64,000 bases of DNA, from contig NC_045697.1 in the NCBI RefSeq assembly GCF_009834535.1, positions 63,800,001 to 63,864,000 of the forward strand, written 5' to 3'. Each line of letters starts with the position of its first letter. The stretch's first letter is position 1. Of this stretch, positions 54,719-64,000 are shown piece by piece. The notes beneath the pieces were generated by a model that worked only from the letters and a program-made list of their open reading frames with translations, was not told the DNA's origin and made no database searches. The DNA is from Camelus ferus. Its lineage: Eukaryota. The position numbers and the translations under genes are program-made.

Positions 54719-55559
54719 GTCACTATTTTTGTCACATAAAGGTAACATGCTAGGTACAAAAAGTGCAGTCTATTTAAAGGCACTTGTGCCTTGCAAGTTC
54801 TGTATACTGCCTCGGTTGATTAATGAACAAATAACTCAGTAGGTCATCCAAGGTTGTGTGTGCCCTTGGATCAAGGGCATGCCTTGGATGGGTCTATGAT
54901 ACAAGAGGGATTTTAAAAGAGATAGTATTTTAATATGTTCAACTTGGGTGATTTAATGAAAGGTTAAAATAAATGTCTAAGGAAGCACAAAACTAGTAAA
55001 GTTGTTTCTTGCTTAATTTAGGTAACTAAAATTCACATATCTGAGTAGTTTCTGATTTCAGAGAATCTCCAAGCATTTTACAATCTACATACTTCCTGAC
55101 TTATTAACTCATGTCTGTTAATTAGTCATGAAAGATAGTTCTGAGTGGTATATATAAAGTTGAAACATGACTCTTAAAAGATAAAATAGAAACTACCAAA
55201 AAGCATGAAGGAATATAAAAATATTGATGTATTTATCATAAATATCTTGTCTTAATTTAAAATCACATTATTTCATGACATCTTAAATGGCTATATTACC
55301 TAAATCCTACTGTTCTCCACATGTATGTACTGTTATGGGACCAAGGTCAAATTTTCCTTTTGTTCATGATCGTTCTAGAAGTTGAGCATTCTTCTGTATA
55401 TGCAAGTCTTAAGTCTATTTTCTTAAACAATTGTTTCTTAAGTGATTTCATTATCAAGGGAACTTTAACTGTATGAGAACCTAAGATAAGGCAGTTAAAA
55501 TGATAATTTTCTAAAAATGTCATGCCCCCTTGGATTCTAATTATGTTTAAAATAATTTT

Positions 55560-55865
55560 ATAGCTCTTTAAATTTCTTATCTGCAGTTCTGAAATTAAAA
55601 AAAAAAAAAAAAAAGCAAAAGCCCCTGAAAATCTAGTCTTTCTATGACTTATTTGGTAATCAAATCTGGCCTGATCTAAATTGACAAGAAGCTGTTTATA
55701 ATTTTTTTAAAGTCACAGTGAGGTTATCATATTTTTACTACAGAAATATTAATGTCTTTGATTATGCCAGCCTTAGACTTAGCTAGGGGTATTATTTTGC
55801 ATATTCTGAATAATTCTGAATACTGAAAAACACTTGGCCCAAGGCTTTTGGATAAAGGGTTATTT
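55560..55865. mobile_element. Tigger4/MER46-like fragment
   Basis: aattctgaatactgaaaaacacttggcccaaggcttttggataaaggg. Confidence 0.55.
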
Positions 55866-56123
55866 AAGAATTTTCTTATATTCAAATTTCAATTCCATCT
55901 CTAGCACTGTTTTGCTGTTTGGTGTGTGTGCCTGGAGCTAGTAAGTTCTGTATTCTTATTGAATCATAGTTGAGATACTATTTTTAACATTTTTCTCAGG
56001 TAGAAATGGTGTTGGATCTCACCCTAATCAAATTATGTATTCCTTTGATCTCTGGACTACACCTACAATCTGTATTTGTTAAATGCTTCCAGAAAATAAG
56101 AAGATATTAAGGGGCTTCATCAC

Positions 56124-56155
56124 TGTGTGTGTGTGTATGTGTGTGTGTGTGTGTG
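56124..56155. repeat. Imperfect (TG)n microsatellite
   Basis: tgtgtgtgtgtgtatgtgtgtgtgtgtgtgtg. Confidence 0.93.
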
Positions 56156-57247
56156 ATTTTTAAGTCATTTATTGCCTTTTATGGATTTCGGGTTTTCAGC
56201 TTTTTTCCTTGTTCCAAATCTTGTGCTTATTTCAAGTCTTGACTTACAACTAAGATGGTTTATAATGAAAATCATATACACATGATTCACAGAACAGCCT
56301 CTAAGTATAAGCCTTCGTCCTCATACTCACCTTAATCAGAGCTTAGCTAGGGGTAAGTAAGCTCCTGACTTCTGGGAGCCAAAGGACTCAGTTCTAGGCC
56401 TGTCACTGCCCTACATTTTGCTTTGTAATGATGGAAATTCATTTTACTATTTCTCTCTCTCTCTCTTGTTTGTGGGAATGAGAAACACATTATTATCATA
56501 CAGGGATAATATGTGCTCAGATCATCTGGCTTTTCTAATACGAAATAAGCATACACGGTGCTGTAAACCACTGTAAAAAAAAAAAATAGTGATATCCATG
56601 AACTATACCGTCTGTGAAAAATAAGTTAGAGATGAAGTAGTTCTCTGTGAGATTTTCTAAGCTCCTGCAATTAAATTGAACACTGGTTTTTTTATTTACC
56701 AAGTGTTGGATGAATAAACTCATTACTTTGATTTGGCTGTATTATTACATTTAATTATCTGTAAGTGTTGCTTCAATTCATATTTTCAAATTATAGATGG
56801 AATTTTTAATCAACTTTTAGAAAGGAAATGGGTTAGAAAGAAAATGATGTGGGTAAACTGGATAATGGAGGCTTAGTCATTATGACTCCCTAAGTATTTT
56901 CTTTTAACTAGTTCTCAGTTGTTTATTCTAAGCAGTTTTCCTATGTACAGGCACTTTTTCTAATAATGCTTAGTTTTCCTATGATAATAATCTGATTATT
57001 TGTTACCCCAACCCAAGTATTACTTGAAAAATAAAATTTTAAATTTGTAATTTTTTTCTCCTTTGTTCTTAACTGATACACCTATATTTCTTTATAAAGC
57101 CTAATATTAGCCTAGATCTAATAAATAAAGACTTTGGAAATGTACTATATTGGGTTTGGTATTTTGTTAAAAATAATAAATTTGTCCATATTTGGTCTTT
57201 ATGCTGATATATGATAGAATTTTTAATTGTAAAAGATTCTATTGAGA

Positions 57248-57750
57248 TACAGCCACTTTGGAAGGCATTTTGGCAGTTTCTTAAAGAACTACATAAAACA
57301 TAATTGTATTGTGCAATCCAGCATTGACCTCCTTGGTATTTACCTGAGTTGAAAACTTATGTCACATTAAAACCTGCACATGGATGTTTATACTACCTTT
57401 ATTTATAATTTCCAAAACGTAGATGCAACCAAGGTACTCTTCAGTAGGTGAACCTTGGTACATCCAGACAATGGAGTATTATTCAGTGCTAAAAAGAAAT
57501 GAGCAATCAAGCTATGAAAAGACATGGAGGAAAATTAAATACATATTACTAAGTGAAAGAAGCAAATTTGAAAAGACTAAATTCTGTGTGATTCCAACCA
57601 TGTGACACTCTGGAAAAAGTAAAACTATGAGACAGTGAAAAGATCAGTGGTTGCTAAGGGTTGGGGGAGGGAAGGATGATTACACAGAGAATAGAGGATT
57701 TTTAGAACAATGAGACTAGTCTGTATGATACTATAATGAAAGGTACATAT
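57248..57750 (+). mobile_element. L1MB-type ORF2 end/3' UTR fragment
   Basis: acagccactttggaaggc..ttggcagtttctt; ggtacatccagacaatggagtattattcagtgctaaaaagaaatgag (ORF 57423..57605 WYIQTMEYYSVLKRNE). Confidence 0.85.
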
Positions 57751-58254
57751 GAACTTGACAACTCATTAAAAACTCTAAAAGATAAAGGACAAAAGCACAA
57801 TAAATTTCTCACAAATGATGAATTTTTGCTGTAAGTAATTATGATTGAGCTCTAGAGCAAGTTTCTGGAGTACTGTGCTTTCTGCTAAGTGAAGATTGCA
57901 GTCCTTTGATCAAATTTACTCACAAATCTCCATCCAGGGCAAAATTTATTTAAACCTACCCCAGGAAAATCCCAACAGACCGTAAGAAAATAGGTAAATT
58001 CAGAGATACAAACATATCCTTAGATGAAGTAAATTGAAGTATTGGACCTGCATGCCTTATTTGTCATCCCTCAATGCAAGCATGTAGACAGATAGCCCCC
58101 TCTTTGATGTACCTTTAAAGGAACCAAGGCCATAATACTAGCATTTGCTATTCTCATTAGAAGAAAAATTCATTACATGCCACAACAAGGATTATTTTGT
58201 AGGTCCTCCATTTTAAATACTTAACTAGCCTTAAATACCTGGATAATTTCTTAA

Positions 58255-58435
58255 CTGATTCTAAACTAAATCTAAGTTACTTAATTCTGAAAGTTTCCTC
58301 ATCAGAAGACATAGGAATAATAATAAAGGTAAAAAAAATTTAACTATTTCAGGGACTGTTGTAGGAACTAAATGAGATAATGCTTTTCAAATGCTAAAAA
58401 TAGGGGCTTCAGAATAAGTGTTCAATAAATATTAA
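58255..58435 (+). mobile_element. MIR SINE
   Basis: aagttacttaattc...agtttcctcatc...gttgtagga..taaatgagataatg...gttcaataaat. Confidence 0.65.
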
Positions 58436-60620
58436 TCATTTTCAAATATTCTTGTCATTTGTAAGTTATTATATTTATAATGAACTATTGATTTTCACAG
58501 AGACCTATATTTACCTAATATTTGAAAAGTTCTCTTTGAGTATATTATAATGGTTTTGTGACAGAAATCATTGCCAGGCATGAAACTATACAATTTGAAT
58601 TGCAATATGTGTTTGTACAGACTTGTCAACTGGAAGGATGTAGCAAGGTTGTTGTAACTTTGATGTCTATCATACACAATTAATATTTTTATGTAGTAAC
58701 TTTTTCTCTCCATTTGACTAAGCCGTTTTTCAGTGATTAACTTTTATTGATGTACAGATTAGAGCCCTTTTATTGAGGTCATTTTTTATATATAGTGTTT
58801 GAGGTAGGAAAAGAATGGAGCAAATACTAGTACACTGCTTAGTTTAAGACTGAAAAATGTTCGCATCAGCCAAGGAATTGGTGCAAGGGAACCTACTTTT
58901 TAAGGACACTTAATAAATATCATGTATGTTCTACTTTTCACGAAACTCCCTGTCAAATTTAATGATCCCATCTTTCACTGTAATTTTTATTTTACTTTCT
59001 TATTTTAGTGTACTACATATTTTTTTCTTAATTTCCTACCAGTATGATTTTAATATATGTGTGCCAAATGCAATGACTCTAAAAGCCTTATTTCCTTATT
59101 TAATAAAAGCCTCTTAAGCCATCTTGATTTTGTATTTCTTTTCTTTATTCATTTCTCCACCATTTTCTACTGTTACTGATGATCAGTTGCTCCGAAAAAA
59201 AAAAAAAAATGTGTTTTGTTTACAGGGCACAGCTTATGGAAGTGCTCCTGTACCTTCTCGCAGGCAATTATGTGAGTCTTTTAAATTCAGCTCTGTGTTG
59301 TAAACATGACTATGTTTTCTGTGCTGTAGCATGGCATGCTGATTGGGACCAAATGCCCTCAGGTCAATATGCAATTCCCAGTGTTGTATATTACCTATAA
59401 TGTGTTTGTAGTAGACGGTTCCCTTGGCCTCTTCCTTATCTGTTTGTCATTATCCAGCCCATTTAAGAAAACTGCACTGCAATGTGGCCAAGTGTGTCAA
59501 GGCTTCAAGAATGGCTCAAAGTCTGGGGCAAGGATAGAAGTGGCTCTTAAGTTCATTGTCATTTAGCAACTGTACTTGTACTTTCCATGTTAACTGAATC
59601 AGTAAGCTTTCTTAAACCCTAACTTCTTCTATAGATTTGTTCAAAGATCTCATGTATCATATACAGCTCTGATTTAGTCACAGCTAATGAGACCTCTTTC
59701 CTTGAAAAGGAAAAATCCATTAAAAGAAATCCTCCTTCTAGCGAATTTAAAGCAAACTTGACTTTTTAGCCACCTTAGTTTATTTCTAGGTTATCATATT
59801 TAGAAAATTTGAAAATAATCTGTAAATTTTTAGATAAAAATCCTGGATTTTACAACCTTGCTCAGCTGTATTATAAATATATGCACCTTGCAGAGAGTCA
59901 GATATTTGCTTTTCAGCTCAGATTTCTGTAACAGCTTATCTGATTTAGCATGAACTTTTTGTCAATGAGAGATGTAAATTTAATATGTAGAATCTCCAAA
60001 GTGCCATCAGACTTTGAGAATGAGCTGTTGTCATTGCCCATTTCCATCCATATCTTTTCTCTTTTCCAACGCTAGCATCCATCAGAAAATCATGGTTGTT
60101 TACCTCCATTATAGACTGCTATAGCAATACACCACATGATTCTAATTGTTGTGCCTAGCAATAAATGCCAGATAGATTCATCTTAATATGGTGTTAAAGA
60201 TGATTCAAAGGTACAGTCCTGTTTGCATAATATTTTTCTTCACTATTGGCAAAAGAAATGTATGATTTGATGACATTCACTGAGAAGGATATATGAATCG
60301 ATTACAAAGAAAAAAAAAACAAAAAACCTGCAGCACTTTGTACCATTATAAAGCTACCTAAAGAAAAAAAAATGCACTTTTCTTTTTCATGAAAGAATGT
60401 TGAAGGTTTGGATTCTTACGAAGTTGTATGAAGAAAGAACCGCTAAGGTGAATAGAGAATGGGATTTAAATATATTAAATATTTCTCTAAAGGTAAATAA
60501 TCACCAGCTGGTCTCAGTTGATTATCCCTTGCTATTATTTCTTTTTACTTATTTCTTTATCATCTAACTTTCTAAAATATACTGAAAGCATGATTTCTTA
60601 TGTAGGTATCAATGCAGTAC

Positions 60621-61289
60621 TGTTACCAAACTAAACTTGGGTTTATTCACCCTGTACACAGTAAAGCAAATATATTCACACCAGGTTGTGATGAAAAGTA
60701 CAGACTTTATTGTAAGGTATCAGACAAGGAGTTTGGGGCAGCTAATTTTCAAAAGACCTGAACTCCCTGATAGCTTTCAGGGAAGCATTTTTAAAGGCAA
60801 GATGAAGGAGGTAGTCACAGGGTGTGTGATCACCTCCTGCACAATTCTCTGATTGGCTGATGGTGAGGTAGCAGGGTGGTGTCATAGGGGTTAACAGTGT
60901 CAATCCTCAGGCTCCAGGAGGTCTAGGCGGTACATGTTCATGGTCATCATGTAGTTAACTTCTTCCATTTGGTGGGGGGCTTAGCATCTGTAAAACAACT
61001 TAGGAATGTGCATCAGGCACTGTTATCTGTGTCCTTCAGGGAGGAATTAAAGATTCTGTGACTGCCATATGGCTGACTTACTGTTTAAATTCTCACCAGT
61101 TCTCCTGATCCAACTGCTGTTTTTGTCACTACATGTTCACACCTTTTCAATCATTAATTCTTGAGTCAGGCTTTTGTGACTCAGGAGAGGCCTGGCAGAC
61201 TACAGCTTTTCTACAGACAAGAGGCAGGCAGAGGACATAGGGGGAGGGTTCTGTCCTGGAAAAGGCCCATAGGGTCCTGCTCAGTTATA
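60621..61289 (-). mobile_element. MER41-like ERV1 solo LTR
   Basis: Termini tgttaccaaac...gggtcctgctcagttata; 4-bp TSD GTAC/GTAT (60617-60620, 61290-61293); minus-strand AATAAA at ~60706-60711; CCAAT box (gattgg) at ~60851. Confidence 0.8.
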
Positions 61290-64000
61290 GTATTAATTGA
61301 TAAAAATTGACAACTATAGCAAGAACTCCAATGAGATGTGAATTTTTTTTTAATTTGCTTCTTTTTAAAGTAAAAAAATCACTGTTGTGCTTATAAGTGA
61401 TATTGCCTTGAAGATAAAGAAATATCTATTGTTATGGAGATAGAGAAGATATTGTTACTAGAAACTTTTGGGAATGCAAATTCATTATTCATGCCCTGTA
61501 ATCATGAGTGGGAATATAAAGATTATGGAAGTACAGTCTTCAATTTGGACTAAACTTATTTCTCACTTTTATAAAATCAAAATGTATAATATAAAAATAA
61601 TACCAGATATTTGAGATTTCAGATCATTATTTCTGGTTAAATGAGAGCTAATCTGACAAAAACCAAAATAAAATAAAATAAAATGATTGATGCTTTCCCT
61701 AAGCCTAAGTATCTAAAATTGAAATGTTTCCTATGCCTCCATGGATAAAACCATAAAATGGGTATTACCTTACTAAGCATGTGGACTTTGAAATAGTAAG
61801 CTTATAAGACAGAAACTTGGAATACTGATTATCACATTTCCCTTTGGTCAAGTACAAGTCTTCGAATCTCTGACTTACCTATCAGTAGAGATTCCTTACA
61901 TATTTGTAATTGTGGTGCTTATTAAAGCTGGAAAAGAGTTGAAAGAGTAAATGTTTTATTCTACACAGGAACATCAGAATATTCATATTAAATGTCTTCA
62001 TTCCTACCCTGCTTCCTAAAATCAGTACCTATGTAGGTATCTTACATTTGGTTCCTGATTCTAGTATTTATGTTTTTGACTATGTCAGAACCAGTGACTA
62101 GTACTTTCTTGGGGTTACAATTAACTAAACTTTTATTTATGTTTTTTGTATTCAATATTAAGGACTTTCTTGTTTTATGACTGTCATTGTAACTATTTTG
62201 AAGATATAGCCAGTTTAACAATTTTATTTGGTCATACCCCAAAGTAGAATCCAGCAATAGGGAGGAGTTGCTTAGATGATGAGGTAATTGGAAAGGCTAT
62301 AAATTTACAATGAGAGGATTCACATCTCCATCTCATGAAATGTAGTGTGCCTTTTCATTAACAGACTCACTCAAATATGCCTTTATATGTTGCTAATAAT
62401 TGATTACAGTAAAACTGGAAAAATATAGTCGTAGTATTTTTCACTTTCAGAGAGATGCTCTCGCAGTAAGATTAACTAACTTGAAGAAGAAAGAGTCTTG
62501 AAAAGTTTTTTCAATGCTTATAGTACATTTTTATTATCAAATGCTTAAAAGGAACATCATCTATTCAAATGATATTGACTTAATTTCCTAGTGATTTATG
62601 TTTTAAAAGTTATAATCAATTTTAGTGAGTGAAGCTGTATCATATTCTGGTAAAGACCAATTCTAAATTTGTGTACACTGAGGTCTATAATATTTGGATA
62701 AATTTTTTGCAAAGATTTGACCCATATAATGTTATCCTTACAATTCAGAATAAAAGAACTGATTTTAAAATGGTTATTAGGTTTTCCATTTTGTGATTAT
62801 AGTAACTACTTTAAGAGTTCCAAATTACAAAGCCATATATTTTTAATAGACACATCTTGTTATCTTTTTCAAAAGAATATTCTAAAATGTAATAAACTAA
62901 TTCTAAGATTTAATAAACCATAAATATAAAAATTGTGAATATCAAATTTCAAAATACATTAAACAGGTCAAAAATGATTTGGCTAAAATAATTAAATACT
63001 TTGTTTTCATATTTCACAACATTGGCCTGTTGTTTCCCAGTTTATGAAAGAAAAGAGCATCAAATATTTATAAGTAGTCTATTCAATGGTAGTTACCTAA
63101 TTTAGCTGTCATTCTCCAGATAGTTGAATGTCAATCTAACTCAAATGACTACACATGATAATAATACCACCTTACTATTCAGAACCAGACAGCATTTTCC
63201 TTTATAACACAAATAGAATTGAAGTTACATATTTAAAAGGGAGGGCATAAACATAAAAGCATATGCTTTTGTTGTTTACTAACTAGTTGAAGAATTATCA
63301 TAAAAGTAAAGGAAAATAATTTTTGATACCTGTGATTAAAAGATTAAATATTTCCATAGGATTTTACACATTGTACTTCAAACAATCCTTGAAAATATAA
63401 AAATATCCAAGAAATAGTTACCACTTTTGATTCAATTTATCAATTTGTATACTATCAGTTTTCCAAAGTATTTCTCCCTCTCATTTGCTTTAATTTACCT
63501 CCCCTAATTTTCATACAAGTTATTTTTTCCTTTTTAGAGCTAAAGAGCAATTTTTAAATTCCAAACTGATTTAATCAGCAAGTGATGTAAAACAAATTAA
63601 GAAAGGCAGGAGAGCAAAGTATTTATTTATAATATTAATCTCAAAGTCAAAATGAATGATTTTAAGATACTGAGCTAGCTTCATAAGAACAAACTTTTCA
63701 AAGTAGTGTTTTTATTGTACCTTCTGATTTATTTCCTTTTCCTCTTGGTTTTTCAGTTTATTTGTTGTCATTCCCCTTTCTTTTCTATCTCCGTTTTCCC
63801 ACACAGTATCTTTGCATCAGTTATCATCCTATTTTAGATGTAACTTCTGCTTTACTTGTTTTCTTCTTTCGTTGCTATGCTTAAAAGCAATAAAGGAAGA
63901 ACCCTCAAGAGTAGTGGTAACTAACAGAATTTTTCCTATTAGTATTTTTGAAATACACCTTTCAAAGACATGTCTGGTAGGGTTCCTATAAACCTTACAC

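Noticed and set aside
1..64000. Remaining 60-120 aa ORFs; tRNA, rRNA or snRNA genes
   Set aside because: The ORFs are I/L/F/K-biased random frames of AT-rich DNA, many with non-ATG starts, and I recognised no structural RNA motifs.

Overview
AT-rich, gene-poor eutherian genomic DNA (intergenic or deep intronic) made mostly of interspersed repeats: L1 of several ages, L2, MIR, ERV/MaLR solo LTRs and Tigger/Charlie DNA-transposon MITEs. I could not recognise any host protein-coding gene, RNA gene or prokaryotic feature. The only ORFs with recognisable homology are L1 ORF1/ORF2 remnants. The L1 3' UTRs, and the apparent lack of Alu, Bov-A/BovB, PRE1 and Can-SINE, suggest a laurasiatherian, possibly camelid, genome (inference). 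The most notable object is a ~3.06 kb minus-strand L1 (48120-51179) with a 15-bp TSD. It keeps the complete 5' UTR and all of ORF1, then jumps from the inter-ORF spacer directly to the last ~120 codons of ORF2, giving a HAL1-like or spliced (SpIRE-like) 'ORF1-only' element. A second, older L1 (34320-35842) also keeps both termini but has two internal jumps. Other observations: a same-family solo-LTR pair, a MER41-like LTR with GAS and paired AP-1 motifs, a Tigger MITE at the centre of a flanking palindrome, and a perfect 15-bp hairpin. Repeat family names come from recognition by eye, and boundaries of old repeats are approximate.
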